Assembly: GCF_018350175.1 (NCBI RefSeq)
Contig: NC_058368.1
Coordinates: forward strand, 97,962,001 to 98,026,000
Reading direction: 5' to 3'
DNA: 64,000 nucleotides
Origin: Felis catus
Taxonomy: Eukaryota
Shown: positions 49,248 through 62,800 of the stretch, piece by piece
Numbering within the stretch: the first letter of the stretch is position 1
Layout: every line of letters starts with the position of its first letter
Made by a program: the position numbers and the translations under genes
The notes under the pieces: model-generated
The model's database searches: none
Told to the model about the DNA's origin: nothing
Seen by the model: the letters and a program-made list of their open reading frames with translations, nothing else

Positions 49248-50893
49248 CAAGGAGTAAGGGGGGAAAAAGTCCTTAACCTACAAGGGAAGACAGATCAGGT
49301 TTGCAGCAGATCTGTCCACAGAAACTTGGCAGGCCAGAAAGGAGTGGCAGGATATATTCAATGTGCTGAATGGGAAAAATATGCAGACCAGAATACTCTA
49401 TCCAGCAAGGCTGTCATTCAGAATAGAAGGAGAGATAAAGAGTTTCCCAGACAAACAGAAACTGTCCACTAAACCAGTCCTGCCTTAAAAGAAATTTTAA
49501 GAGGGAGGGGAGAAAAAGCAAAACCAAAAAAGACCCAAGGCAGCAAAGACCAGAAAGGACCAGAGAACATCACCAGAATCACCAACTCTACAGGTAATAA
49601 CAATGGCACTAAATTCATGTCTTTCAATAATCACTCATTGTAAATGGACTAAATGCTCCAATAAAAAGATATAGAGTATCAGAATGGATAAAAAACAAGA
49701 TCCATTTATATGCCACCTACAAGAGACTCATTTTAGACCTACAGACATCTGCAGATTGAAAGTGAGGGGATGGAGAACCATCCAGCACACTAATGTATGT
49801 GGAAAGAAAGCTGGAGTAGCCATACTTATATCAAACAAACTAGATTTTTATTTTATTTTATTTTATTTATTTTATTTTATTATTTTTTTAATGTTTATTT
49901 GTATTTTGAGAGAGAGATTGATAGAGTGTGAGCACGGAAGGGTCAGAGAGAGAGAGGAAGACACAGAATCTGAAGCAGGCTCCAGGCTCTGAGCTGTCAG
50001 CACAGAGCCTGACACGGGGCTCAAACTCACAAACTGCGAGATTATGACCTGAGCCGAAGTCGGACTCTCAAGTAACTGAGCCACCCAGGTGCCCCAGACA
50101 AACTAGATTTTAAAACAAAGACTGTAACAAGAGATGAAGAAGGACATTATATCGTAATTAAGGGGGCTATCTATCAATAAATTGTAAATATTTATATCCT
50201 CAGATTGGAAGCACCCAGATATATCAATCAATAACAAATATAAAGAAACTCATTGATAATAATGCAATAATAGTAGGGGCCTGACTTAACAGCAATGGAC
50301 AGATTATCTAAGCAGAAAATCAACAAGGAAACAATGGCTTTCAATGACACACCGGACTGGATGGACTTAACAGATATATTCAAAACATTTTATCCTAAAG
50401 CAGCAGAATACACATTCATCTCAGGTTCACATGGAATATTCTCCAGAATAGATCACATGCTGGGTCAAAAATCAGCCCTCAAAAGCACAAAAAGATCAAG
50501 ATCATACCATGCACATTTATAGACCACAATGCTATGAAACTTGAAATCAACCTCAAGAAAAAGTCTGGAAAGATTACAGATGCTTGGAAGTTAAAGAACA
50601 TCCCACTAAAGAATGAATAGGTTAACCGAGAAATTAAAGAGGAAATAAAAAAGTACAAGGAAGCTAATGAATGTGAAAATGTAACAGTCCAAAACCTTTG
50701 GGAAGCTGCAAAGGCACCCATAAGAGGCAAGTATATAGCAATCCAAGCCTTCCTAAAGAAGGAAGAAATGTCTCAAATAGGCAACCTAACCTTACACCTA
50801 AAGGAGCTGGAAAAAGAAGAGCAAATAAAGCCCCAAAGCAGCAGAAGAAGGGAAATAATAAAGGTTAGAGCAGCAATCAATGATACTGAAATC
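49248..50893 (+). mobile_element. Same L1, inverted 5' segment (ORF1 C-terminus, inter-ORF, ORF2 endonuclease)
   Basis: ORF1-like ccagaatactctatccagcaag; ORF2 start near 49603; peptides DPFICHLQETH, SRIDHMLG, LHLKELEKEEQ. Confidence 0.95.
49849..50095 (-). mobile_element. Can-SINE inserted in the L1 endonuclease region
   Basis: TSD acaaactagatttt (49835-49848, 50098-50111). Confidence 0.95.
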
Positions 50894-51038
50894 AGACATG
50901 CATTTTTTTTTTTTTTTAAACAGAAAACTGAATCACATACATTGTTCTACATCTTAAAAAAATAAGAAAAATTTGGCTGGAATCTTTTCATGTCAGTAAT
51001 TAGAGAACTGCCTCATTCTTTTTGAAAAGATCCCCCCA

Positions 51039-51390
51039 AGCTTTATTGAGATATTGACATATAACATTGTGTACACTTAAGGTGTATAACATGTTGATTT
51101 GATACACATATTGCAAAGTGATTGCCATTGGTAGTGTTGGCTAACACCTTTATCACATCACAAAATCGCCATTTCTTTTTTTTTGTAGTGAGAACATTGA
51201 AGATCTACTCAATTAGCAACTTTCAAGTATACAATACAGTATTATTACCTAAAATTGCTATGGTATACAATGGATCCCTAGAGCTTATTCACCTTATAAC
51301 TGGAAATTTTTACACTTTGACCACTCTCTTTGCATTTCTCCCACACTGCATCCCCTAGTAACTCCCACTTTACTGTTTCTGACTTTCTAT
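51039..51390 (-). mobile_element. L1MA/MB-type 3' end
   Basis: agctttattgagatattgacatataacattgtg...agcaactttcaagtatacaatacag. Confidence 0.85.
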
Positions 51391-51399
51391 CCCATTCTT

Positions 51400-52320
51400 T
51401 TTAACATTTTTTCTTTTTTGGAAAGTGCATTTTGTTGATATATCACAATGGTAATTAAATCATATTTCCTATAGGAGGACCGTTGTTTCTAATCTTGTTT
51501 TTTGTTGCTGCAAACACTGATAAAATAAACATCCTAAAACATGTCTTTGCCTCTGAGTTATTTATCTAAATTTTCTTTTAATATCTATCAGTACATTTTA
51601 GAGTTTGTTTTTCATGAGGCCTTGTATATTGTTTCTTATATCTTTTCTATGTATTATAGTGACTTCTAATGCCTTTAGATATGGTATCTAATGCTTTTGT
51701 ATGTACGGTATTATAATTTCTGGTTATTTCTGAAATATAACAAAGGTAGATTTTTTTGTGGTGCCTATTTACCTTATAAATGGCTATCTCATTAAATTCT
51801 TACTAAGGATAATACTTGCTTGTCTTGGCTTTTCCAGGTATAAGATTTTATCATATGCAAGTGAAGCATATTGAAATTGTGTCCAATTTTGACACTTCTT
51901 ACTCTTTTTCTAGTCTTGTCACATTGTCCAGGATTTCTGAAACAATTTTGATTAATACTGATGATAGTGTGTCTTTGTCTTATTTATACCTTGATGATAA
52001 TGCCTAAATATATGACTATAAACCTCTCTCCTTTCTAATCATTAATGATATCACCCATTTCTCTGTGTCCTTGTTTATGTTGGATATTTCCATCTTTTAC
52101 ATACTTGTCAGTCTCATAAATAAAAAACAATATTCCATTACTGTTTTAATTTGTATTTCTCTGATAATATATAAGATTGAGTATGTTTTCATATGTTTAT
52201 TGGCTGATGTGCTTCTGTGAATCGTGCACTCGTAGGTTGTTGATAAATTTGATTTGTGGGAGTTCCTTCTATGGAAATTTTTTTGGTTTGCTGTGCACAC
52301 ATTGCAAATACTTTCTTCAA
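51400..52320 (-). mobile_element. Old L1 (L1ME-like) fragments
   Basis: gttttaatttgtatttctctgat...ttttcatatgtttattggc; ORF 52097 ANKHMKTYS...IREIQIKT. Confidence 0.7.
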
Positions 52321-52324
52321 GGGT

Positions 52325-52860
52325 ATCTGTTTAGGGTTTCTGGGAAGACAGAATAATTTATTCTAGCTAGCTGAAGGTAGAAGGAAATTAATTAGCTTCT
52401 TTAGTTTCTGGAAGTGCTAGCAAACCATCTTCAGTGAAGGCCAAATAGACAGAAGTGATCAAGTTAAGAGAAATGCCCCGCTTGCTCTGAGCCCAGTATT
52501 GTAGAAATCCTACTGTTGGTTCTACCAACCATCCTACCGTTGTCCCCAAATCAACAAAGCCAGGACCCAGTTTCAGAGCACCAACTATGGATACTGTAGA
52601 ATATCAAATGCCTTAATAACTGCTGTTGCCGGAAGAGCCCAGCAGCTTCATGATCTTCAAATCTGCCTTCCCAATTCTTCCATTGGTGTATCTGTTTGAT
52701 GGAAACTAGTCAGAAGTCTACATGCTGAAAGAAAGAAATGTTGGGAAATACCGATTTTAGATTCAACCTGGCAAAGGTGAGGGTCAACAATATGGAGAAC
52801 TATCAAAATGGAGGATGGTTAGAAGTCCTTGGGCAGCCACACATGATAGATTTTTATCAC
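52325..52860 (-). mobile_element. Old MLT1-type LTR
   Basis: tatctgtttagggttt...attctagctagctgaagg...ggaaattaattag; approximate. Confidence 0.45.
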
Positions 52861-52949
52861 AGCCAGACTGCCATTTTGTGAAAAGCTTTGTTTTTTCTTT
52901 TTCTTTTTTTAAAAATAATATAGAAGTTTAACATTTCAAGCATTTTTGT

Positions 52950-53570
52950 ATTTATTCTTTATTTATTCAATAGGTATTTATTGTAAGTCAATTATGTGTC
53001 AATCAGTGTGTTTTCTTAATGGAGATAAAATGGTGATCCCGACTTCCTGGAGTTTTGAGTCTAGTAGGGGAGACAGACATTAAATGATCTCAGAAAGAAA
53101 TTTAGCATTCTGAGAGTGACCAGTTAGACGAAGGGAGGGAGCATTGAGAGCAGATACAAGGGATAATCAACCCACTCAGATAGGTCAGCTGAGTTTGCTA
53201 ATGAAATGGTACTTGATCTGAGATTTGAAAGATGATCAGGAGTTGATTCAGAAACGTGTTGGAAGGGTGTTTTAGGCAGAGCAGATAACGAGGGGCCAGA
53301 GGACCCTTGGCACGTGTGAGGATTTGAAATGACATGGCTGTGATTGAGGTACAAAGAGTGAAGGAAAACACAGTTCTGAATATTGCTGAAATTATAGGTA
53401 GAGGCTAGACCATGAAAGGCATGTGGGCAAGATAAGATTTCTGGTCTTTGTCTTAAGAGCACTGGGAAGCCACAGGCTCAGGCTTCAGTGTGGAAAATAG
53501 TTTGGAAGATATAAGGTTACTTTGGGTGGACAAGTTAGAGGAGGCAATTAGAGTTGTTGAGGGAATAGCC
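52950..53570 (-). mobile_element. L2 3' region
   Basis: tttattcaataggtatttattg...agtctagtaggggagacagacattaaa...gagcactgggaagccac. Confidence 0.8.
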
Positions 53571-55636
53571 ACCCAGACATCAGCTCAAAGAAGATCCTGA
53601 CAAATGTTGGCTGAATGAATGAAGTAACTAAATGCCCAAGTTAATACTGATAGGTCTTTTTAAGCAATAACAAAGCAAAAATAAAGCTATCTGGAAAGCA
53701 TCTTATGGAATTTGATGAGGAAATTCAACACAGAGATAAAGAAGCAATTTGTTACAGATTAGCAAGGCATAGGATCAAAAGTATTTCTATTATGTGAAAA
53801 TATCCAGTTATAATAAAGAGAGCATCTCTGCAACATATAATTATTATGCTTAGTTCAGGCTGTTCGTTTTGATAATTTAACATGTTCATTGACTGGCTAA
53901 TGAGATTTACCAGTAATAACATGTAAGCAGTTTAGTAAGAATCTATTAATTTAGATCATCAGGTTATGTAGACGGACGCTTCCTTAAGGAAATGCTCAGT
54001 GCCTACCAAATATATAGTTAACTGTGCTGGTTAATAAGGTCATTTGTATAAAGGCAATAATCTGTCAGGCCTTGATTTTACTTGTTAATGAACTCTTGCT
54101 GAATATATTAGGAGATTTGGAGTTTCTTAGAAACAGCAGTTCTTTGAGAGTCATAGCCTGCTGGAGGTTTCAGAGAGGTCTTATGCATGAAGAGAGGCTG
54201 ACTTAAAATAATAATTATGTGCTTTTAAAGTTTTTTTGAGTTGTGGTATGGCAGGACCTATCCATATTCCCTGAGATGGTCTAAGTAGGGGGATAAATAG
54301 GTAGAGAAGCCCTTAGAAGATCATGTTTGATGGTTGTAAAAATAATTTAAAAAGTAGGGTGAGGAAATCACTGCCTAGCGCAGTAGATGTGATAGGAGTC
54401 TCAACTTTTGCCTCCATGTGAGGCTAGGTGTGGTCTGAGTGTTGCCTGCAGAAGGATGAGAGGATTGAGGGTTCTTTGAAGTGTCATATGCTCTAAAGGT
54501 CCAAAGGCCTTGGCCCTTCTTCAGTTCAGGTGCCCATAGGCCCCTGGCTTTCCAGTACTCTCTTTGTACTTTTTTATGGGAAAGTCTAGATGTCATTTAC
54601 TAAACTCGTGTACTGGACTTCCCAAGAGCATCATGTGTCCCTAGATTCCCCAAGACCACCATTATCACACCAGGAATCCAAGGATCTCATTTTGAAGTGG
54701 TAGTTGATACTGACTTATGGGAAAAAGGAGCTGTTGGCAATTGATCCATATGCTTCTTTAGGCAGGTCCCATGTCATGGAATTACAGATTTTTGCCACAG
54801 TAAGGATCCACAGGGAATATCTTATTCGTTGGTCTTAATTCATTGGTAAGGAAATTGAGGCCTAATGGAGGCCAAGTAACTTCCTTAATTATAAAGCAGG
54901 TAGAAGGTAGAATGCGAAAGGAATAAATTTGTAACGTCTGCTTCCCTACTGAATGAAAAGAAAAGAAAGGAGAGGGGTTCTGCAGTGCTGTGACTATGAG
55001 GGTTTTTCAGGTTTCATTAGGTTGCTCTCCCTCATGGCAAGTTTTGTTAATACTTCCATACCCAGCAACAGAAAGGTCCCTGAGGGCCAAAGAATGGCTT
55101 TCTAAACGTGAAGGAAATAGTCCTCTGTTCCTGAAAAATTTAACTTCTACAAACGTGGCTTTAAAGAAAAAAAAAAAAAAAAAAGGACTTTTTAAAAAAG
55201 GAATTTTTGCCTTTGCAAAGGATATTGAAAACCAAGCCTAAAGGGAGCACACATGTCTTAGGAGTCAGAAGGAAATTTAGTGATGTAATGTGTAACCTTT
55301 TTGGTATATTCCTATAGCTTAAAATGCTTCTAATGTCAGTAAAAATAAATGACCTTGAGTCATAAGCTACCATAAAAGCGACCTGCACATAAATGTACAT
55401 TTACAAACAGCAAAGAAAATGCCTCCCACAAATCCTGAATTCTCTCCTTTGTCAGCCATACAAACAGAGGCAAACTTCTACCCATATGTCTCAAAATAGA
55501 CAAACACAAACCAAGTGTAGTTACCTAAATTGTATTTGTATTTATTCCCTGCACTGCCATCCATGGAGTCATAGAGGCAACTGGTAAGACACAGAAACTA
55601 TTGCAGTTGGAAAAATTCCATGAACTCTTGTAAATT

Positions 55637-55690
55637 CTCCTCCTCCTCCTCCTCCTCCTTCTTCCCCTTCTTCTTCTCTTCTTCCTTGTC
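55637..55690. repeat. (CCT)n/(CTT)n low-complexity tract
   Basis: Direct read. Confidence 0.9.
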
Positions 55691-56209
55691 TCTTTAATTC
55701 TTTTGCCTTCAAATTTTGCTTGTCCAAAGTAGCATCGTTCTCCATTTCAAGTTCCCATTTTGTCCTTGTTTACTTTTTTCTTTTTTTTCCTCTTCAGTGG
55801 TGGCTTCTTATTCCCTGTGGGTGGGTAGATCCTCCTTGGTAGAAGCAAGGTGCTGAGTGAGCACTCAGAGCATAAGCTTCCTTGGCTGTCAGCAACTCAT
55901 GAATGAATTTACCTTTATCAAGGTAGTGATAAAGAGGAGATACAGCAGGGGTTCAGGAAAATTTGATTTATCTACATTGGTCATAGTCATATCAATGAAA
56001 GAACAATATATCTTTATTATTCAAGATTCCCTTAATCCATTGGGTTCTCAAATCTAGATTCTTCCCTACATCCTCTTCCCCAGTTTAGCTAGTTAGAACT
56101 CATGGTTTTCTGCTTATTTCTGTTTACTTCATTTACATAATAATATCATTAAGGGGAGAGCATAAACTATAAGCAGAGCAGTGGATAAGGGTCCCTGTTC
56201 ATCCAAGCT

Positions 56210-56585
56210 TTAGTAGTGTTCATAAATATCTGTTTCTTCTGTCCTTCCAGATTCCTTGGAAAGTGCCCTTCTCAGCTTTAGGTTGGGCTGGGCCATGTGA
56301 TGAATCATGGCAAATGGGTTATGAGTGGGTATGATGTGAGTCACTGGTTGGGCCAAGGCATTGATTTATCAAAGCCAGGGTCTCTATCTCTCTCTGTCAT
56401 GTTGATCATGGAGACCAAGGATAAAAGCATCCTGATTGCTCACAGGCCGTAGTGAAGATGTAACCTTGGAAATTCACCTGGAACAAAGGCAGACTTTATA
56501 TGAGAAATAAGTCTTTAGTATCTTACACCATTGACACTGTGGGATTTATTCCTGCTGAATAACTTTGCCTATCCTAGCCACTACA
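56210..56585 (+). mobile_element. MLT1I/J-like LTR
   Basis: gggccatgtgatg...gtgagtcactgg...gagaaataagtcttt...gcctatcctagccactaca. Confidence 0.7.
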
Positions 56586-57057
56586 CTGGAGCTTCTGCCC
56601 TAATTAGTTAAACTTAACATGGTATTCTTATCTCACCTAATGCTCAAGGTCACAGGAATATAAACCCTCTGCATACAGCCTATTTCTCTATCTTGTTTGT
56701 GTCCCCAGTGCCCTGTTGAATGGCACATATTTTCTAAAAATAATCGACATTTTATTTCTGCTAAATAAATATGAACCAAAAATGTTTGTTATAACTTTTA
56801 GCCTATAAAACCTGTTACTGCATGTTAAAAACTCATTTCACAAGCTCATCTGTTTTTTTCCTTCTATGCAATAGATTTCTCTTTTAATCAAAATTGCCTA
56901 CCCACCCCTAAAATTATTATTTCCTCCAGATATATGAGAAACTATTTTGTCAACTATATTTCTAAGCTATAGTGATGGATTAGTAATTTTATTGATGTTT
57001 CTTTGTAATAATACCCTGTGGATATAAGCAGCAGATTATAGGCAAGAGTTCTATTCA

Positions 57058-57435
57058 CTGGACTGAGAAGTCCCAATGTCTGCCATCTACGAGTTAGAGA
57101 TCCAGGAAAGATAGTTGTGTAATGAATCCAAAGGCCTGGGAATGAAGGGAGTTGATGGTGTAAATCCCAGTTGAGGTCTGGAGAAGATGGGGTGATGTGT
57201 TCCAGTTCAGTCAGTGAGGCAGGGGGTGAAAAAGGTGAATTCCTTCTTTCTCTGCCTTGTGTTCTCTTCAGGCCCTCAAAGGATAATGCCCACCATCATA
57301 AGACTTTAGTGAGTCCCCCAATTCCAAAGGTAATCTCATCTCACCTGGAAACACCCTTGCAGACTCACCCAGAAATAATGTTTAATCTGAACACCCTGTG
57401 GCTGGTCAAGTTGACATACAGAGTTAACCATCATA
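57058..57435 (-). mobile_element. MLT2-type LTR
   Basis: gagaagtcccaatgtctgccatct...gtcaagttgacatacagagttaaccatca. Confidence 0.85.
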
Positions 57436-57519
57436 CCATATTATTTTTAGAATAAACCCAGCAGTTATGTTGAGATGGTTCTTTTTGTCCTTACTGTTGC
57501 TCTTGTTATTGTTACCATG

Positions 57520-57650
57520 TATTATCCCTAATAGAACTAGAAATGGAGATACAGATAGAAGAGGAAACAGGATTCAGAAAAGTACATTATTTGGCCAGTG
57601 ACCCAAAGTCATGGATAGGCTTAAATCTGGGTCTTTGATCTCTAAATTCT
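57520..57650 (-). mobile_element. MIR fragment
   Basis: gaagaggaaacaggattcagaaaag...ttaaatctgggtctttgatctctaaa. Confidence 0.45.
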
Positions 57651-58713
57651 TTTTTTTTTTTTTTCCGTCTCCCCTTGACCAACCTGAACTCCATCAAAAG
57701 TAGTTGAACTAGTGTCCTTACCACAACTCACTGTTAATTATAAATGTGTAACCTTCTTCAGGTTTTGGGGAAGTAAAGCAAGATGATTGTATTTTTTCTT
57801 CTTGATGCCCAAATATGTACTTCAGTTGTAGCACAATCCACAGTACAATCTTTACACTGAGTATCTCCAGGTTTCTTGTTTCTTTCTTTGTTTTATTCAT
57901 CCTAATGGGCAAAATCCAGTGTTAATCTTTCTCTCTTAGTGTCCTTTGTTGAGAAGTGTTTTCACCATGGGACATCTCTCACTACTTTATAGGCAGTTTG
58001 CTTTCTCAGTAGTGAGCACACTGTGCTAAGGGATATGTCAGGTTTATTTTATCTTCTTTGGGTATTTGAAGTTCTAGTAAAAAGACCAACTACCTAGAGG
58101 CATCACCCTTTCTGGTAGGATTCTGTCCTGCTCTTAGATGAATGAGACCCATTTGAAGACACCTTTACTGGGCTCCTCATGAAAAGACTCTTAAAATATT
58201 AAAGGTTTAAAAATTTTAAAACTTTCTTTTTAAAGTCATTAAAGTTGTATTTTTATCAGAGCATATATGTCTAGGTTAAAAAAATTTTAATGACAATAGT
58301 TTATAGTAAGTTTATTGTGCTCACTCCATCCTGTTCCAACTCCTACTCACCAGAGGCAACTTACTTATTTGTTTCTGTTTTGAGTTCTTCTGATTATTAC
58401 CTCTATAATTCTAAATAATATGCTTCTTTTTTTATATTTTGATTTAATGAACATTAGAGAGTGGCTACATACCTTACCTACATTCCTGAAAATGAGAATT
58501 TATCTCTTTGCCCAACTCCTAGCTCTGTGCCTCTTCTCTCTCCTGTTTTTTTCTGAATTTTAATATTTTTAATTTAATTTTTTAGGATAATGGAAATGTT
58601 CAGTGTCTAGATAGTTTGATTTGATTAAATTATATGCTTCAGATTTGAGCATTTCATAATATATAAATTATATCGCAAAAATAGTTTTGAAATGCATGTG
58701 AAATGCATTACTT

Positions 58714-58941
58714 TAATTTTTCTTAAAAAAAATTTTTTAAATGTTTATTTATTGAGAGACAGAGGGAGACAGAGTGCGAGCAGGGGAGGGGCAGAGAGAG
58801 AGGGAGACACAGAATCCGAAGCAAGTTCCAGGCTCTGGGCTGTCAGCACAGAGCCCAATGTGGGGTTCGAACTTACGAACTGTGAGATTATGACCTGAGC
58901 TGAAGTCAGATGCTTAACTGACTGAGCCACCCAGGTGCCCC
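58714..58941 (-). mobile_element. Can-SINE
   Basis: Perfect 14-bp TSD gaaatgcattactt (58700-58713, 58942-58955). Confidence 0.96.
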
Positions 58942-58962
58942 GAAATGCATTACTTGAAAACA

Positions 58963-59400
58963 ATTTTTTATGGGAATGTAATTAACATACAGTATTATTA
59001 CTTTCCAGTGTGCAATATAATTCAGATTCAACAACCTGTATATTAGTTAGTCCTCATCATGATAAGTATACTCTTAATCCCCTTTATCTATTTCACCCAT
59101 CCCCCCACCCATCTCCCTTCTGGCAACTACCAGTTTGTTTTCCGTATTTTTAAGAATCTGGTCTTTTGTTTCTCTCTCTTACTCTCTCTCTATTTCTCTC
59201 TCTCTCTCTCTTTTTTTTTTTTTGTTCTTTTGTTTCTTAAATTCCACAAATGTGTGAAATACTCTGGTATTTGTCTTTCTCTGTCTGATTTATTTCACTT
59301 AGCATTATACCCTCTAGGTCAATCCATGTTGCAAATGGCAAGAGCTCCTTTTTTAATGACTGTGTAATAGTCCATCTTTAGTATCATCTTTAGCCATTCT
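58963..59400 (-). mobile_element. Carnivore L1 3' end
   Basis: taattaacatacagtattattac...ttcacttagcattataccctctaggtc. Confidence 0.85.
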
Positions 59401-59447
59401 TTTGTAATATTTAAAAATTAATGTAATATTAAAAAAATAGTATATAT

Positions 59448-59781
59448 ATTTTTAATATAATTTGTTGTCAAATTGGCAAACACACAGTGTGTAAAGTGTG
59501 TTCTTGGTTTTTTGGGTAGATTCCCGTGGTTCATTGCTTATATACAACACCCAGTGCTCATCCCAGCAGCTGCCCTCCTCAATGCCCATCACCCATTTTC
59601 CCCTCTTCCCCACCCACCATCCACCCTCAGTTTGCTGTCTGTATTTAAGAGTGTCTTATGGTTTGCCTCCCTCCCTCTCTGTAACTATTTTTGTACCTTT
59701 CACTTCCCCATGGTCTTCTGTTAAGGTTCTCAAGATCCACACATGAGTGAAAACATGTGATATCTGTCCTTCTCTGACTGA
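59448..59781 (-). mobile_element. Felid-type L1 3' end (short, 5'-truncated)
   Basis: taatttgttgtcaaattggc...acacccagtgctcatccc...tgtccttctctgactga. Confidence 0.85.
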
Positions 59782-59871
59782 CAAAAATTAATATATTTTA
59801 AAAAGTTTTACTGGTTCCCTTTCTAACTTCCATTCGTACTCATATAAAATATTTTGCATATGTATGTATTC

Positions 59872-59882
59872 GTGTGTGTGTG

Positions 59883-59927
<45 letters not shown>
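59872..59927. repeat. (GT)n-(CA)n microsatellite
   Basis: Direct read. Confidence 0.95.
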
Positions 59928-59929
<2 letters not shown>

Positions 59930-60511
59930 TGCATCCGTTTTACAGTCTCCTTTGAGTCCTTGCTCTGTAACATGGTTGTTTTAGAGCTGCTAACTTTTCT
60001 TACTGTTTTTTCTATTGCTCAACTTTTGAAGGCCATACCTCTGTTTTTACATTTTTCAAATTGAAAACATTTACAACTTATTTTGTCACCATAATTAATC
60101 TTGTTAATTTCCGTAGGTTAATTCTTGTTCTGAAACCCAATAAAGATCATTATGGCCTTATTAATGTAAGTTTCCATGTCCTTGTCTGTGGGTCTAATGC
60201 CCACATGGCACTTGAGGAAGGTACCATCAAGGTCAAATGGAGTATGTTCTCTTACAATTCAGCATTTTCTCATAATTATGTACATTTTAGCTTGATACAC
60301 TTTGGAGTCATGACTCCTCTATATAGTTTTTATTTTCTTAGAATTTTTTTTCTGATTTTTTTTTCTTCAAGATTTTCTTTTCATTTTTGGTCTTTTGCAA
60401 TTTGAATATATCTAGGTGTAAGTTTTTTTGGTATTTATCCTGCTGTGTTTGTAGATTGGTGCCTGTCATTAATTTTGGAAAATTCTTACCATTACTACTT
60501 CAAATCCTTTT

Positions 60512-60733
60512 TCTTAAAAAAATTTTTTTTAATGTTTATTATTTTGAGAGAGAGAGAGAGAGTGAGTGAATAGGAAAGGGGCAGAGAGAGAGAGGGAGAC
60601 ACAGAATCCGAAGCAGTTCCAGGCTCCGAGCTGCTGGCAACAGAGCCCAGTGTGGGGCTTGAATCCATTCATTGTGAGATCATGACCTGAGCCGAAGTTG
60701 GATGCTTAACCAACTGAACCACCCAGACACCCC
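60512..60733 (-). mobile_element. Can-SINE
   Basis: TSD core cttcaaa; full reverse element. Confidence 0.93.
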
Positions 60734-60781
60734 TTCAAACTTTTTTTCTATTACTTTTCTTCTTTTCCTTCTGGAATTCTT

Positions 60782-60995
60782 TTTTTCTTTCTTTTTTTTT
60801 TTTTTTAGAGAGAGTGCATGTGTGTGCATAAATACTAGCAGAGGAGGGTCGGAGGGAGAGGGAGAGAAAGAATCTCAATCAGGATCCACACTAAACACAG
60901 AACCTGATGCAGGGCTTGATCCCATGACCATGGGATCATGATCCGAGCCAAAATCAAGAGTCAGAAGCTCAACAGAATGAGCTACCCAAGCACCC
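60782..60995 (-). mobile_element. Can-SINE (older short type)
   Basis: TSD tggaattctt (60772-60781, 60997-61006). Confidence 0.9.
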
Positions 60996-61623
60996 TTGGA
61001 ATTCTTATTATGCATATATTATACCTTTTGTAATTATATTTCATCCTTTTATTCTTGTTTGTCTTTGCATTTAAGTTTGGTAGTTTCTACTGACGTATCT
61101 TCAAGTACCCTGATTTTTTCCTTACTTGTTTCCAGTCTACTAATGAACTGAATCAAAGACATTCTTTCTTCCTGTTAACAATATTTTTTAATTCTCGCAT
61201 TTCCTTTTGATTCTTTCTTAGTTTCCATCCATCTTTTTATGCTACCCATCTGTTCTTGCATGTTGTCCACTTTTTCACTAGAGCCATTAGCACATTAATT
61301 ACAGTTATTTTAAATTCACCGTCTGATAATTCCAAAATCTCTGCCACATCTGATTCTGATGCTTAGTGTCTCTTCAAGACTTTTGTTTTTTGTTTATTTC
61401 CTTTTAGAATGCTTTCTAATTTTTTGTTGAAATCCAGACATGATATATTGGATAAAAGAATTGAGAATAGACACCTTTAGTGGGATGTTTTATATTTATC
61501 TGGCTAGGAGTTAGGCTTTGTTTACTTTGGCTGTGAGGGTGGTATCAGAGTCAGAAATTTCCTCAGGCATCCTGATTTTTGTCTCCGCTATTGTCTTTGT
61601 TTTTTTTCCTGGAGATTCTTTAG

Positions 61624-61940
61624 TGTGATGGTTAATTTTATTGTCAGCTTGCCTGGGACAGAGTGCTCAAATATTTGGTTAAACATTATTTCTGGATGTG
61701 TCTGTGAGAGTGTTTTCATATGAGGTTAACATTTGAATCTGTAGACTGAGTAAAGAAGATGGCCCTCCCCAAAGTTGAGTGGGCCTCATCCAATACACTG
61801 AAGGCTTGAATAGAATAATAGGTTGAGTAAGAAAGAATTCTTTCTCTCTGCTTTACTGTCTTTGAGTTGGGATACCCATCTTCTCTTGCCTTTACACTAA
61901 GACTGAAGTGGGACCTTATACCATCAACTTATTGAATCTG
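61624..61940 (+). mobile_element. MLT2-type LTR, 5' part
   Basis: tgtgatggttaattttattgtcagcttg...aaacattatttctggatgtgtctgtgag. Confidence 0.88.
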
Positions 61941-62419
61941 CTTTCTTTGTCTTACAAATCTTTTGGAATCCTTGTTGGGCTGATGACCATGCCTTATTTT
62001 TTGCATTGTTATTGTGCTGTTCATTTTGTATGTTTATGATACTATTTCAGCAGAGTCTTTGATGTAATATGGATGCTTATTCTGTCTCCTTGAATCCAGA
62101 ATTTTGGTTATTTAAAATGTCTTATTTATCTAAATGAGATGTCAATAATTCTTTTAAAAATTCAAGCAATAAACAATTGTACAGAACAAAATGTTAATAT
62201 CTGCTTTTATCTCTTCCCCACTTTCCCTTTATTTCCTTCTCATCAGTTGAACTTTGCCATATATAACCCTCTTTTCCCACCCACTGCTTCTCATATTTAA
62301 CCACTGTAAATAGTTTGGTAGAATAGTTTGGTAGATAGCTTCATGGACTTTTTTCAATGAGTTTTGAATCAAATATAATTATAAAGATTTGCTTCATTTT
62401 TTAATTTTTATTTTTTTAT

Positions 62420-62800
62420 CTTTAAGAGTGTATTTTATTATCCATAACTTCAATAAAGCTGTCAGTATATTTGTGGTCTGACTTTTGATAAATGGATACA
62501 CTAGCATAACCACCATCACAGTTAAGATGTAGAACATTAACATCACCCTTTCTTCATGCTGCTTTCCAGTCAGCCTCTCTCTTAGTTCCAGGCAACTGTT
62601 GGCCTGCTTTCTGCTCCTGTAGTTTTGCCTGTTGTAGAATTTCATATAAATGGAATCATATAATATATACTCTTGTTTCTGGCTTCTCTGGTCTAACATA
62701 ATCTTGAGGATTTATTTCCTTTTATAATTAATGAAATTATATTCCATATATTATTTATGTAGGTTGCTTTTTGGGAAGACTATTGAATAATATGTTTTAA
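62420..62800 (-). mobile_element. Old L1 3' end (L1MC/ME-like)
   Basis: gttttgcctgttgtagaatttcatataaatggaatcata. Confidence 0.75.

Larger units (their letters stand above)
60350..61620 (-). mobile_element. Old L1 (5'/ORF1-region) fragment interrupted by two SINEs
   Basis: tttggaaaattcttaccattactacttcaaat; cttcaagtaccctgatttttt; T-rich reverse L1M pattern. Confidence 0.65.

Noticed and set aside
46692..50965. RT- and endonuclease-like ORFs as genes or an active L1
   Set aside because: Fragmented by stops and frameshifts, lacks a 5' UTR, rearranged and interrupted by a SINE.
631..60995. Recurrent peptides (AQVMIS...LTAQSLEPASDSVSPSLS) and tRNA-like A/B boxes
   Set aside because: All are Can-SINE sequence; not a gene family and not true tRNA genes.
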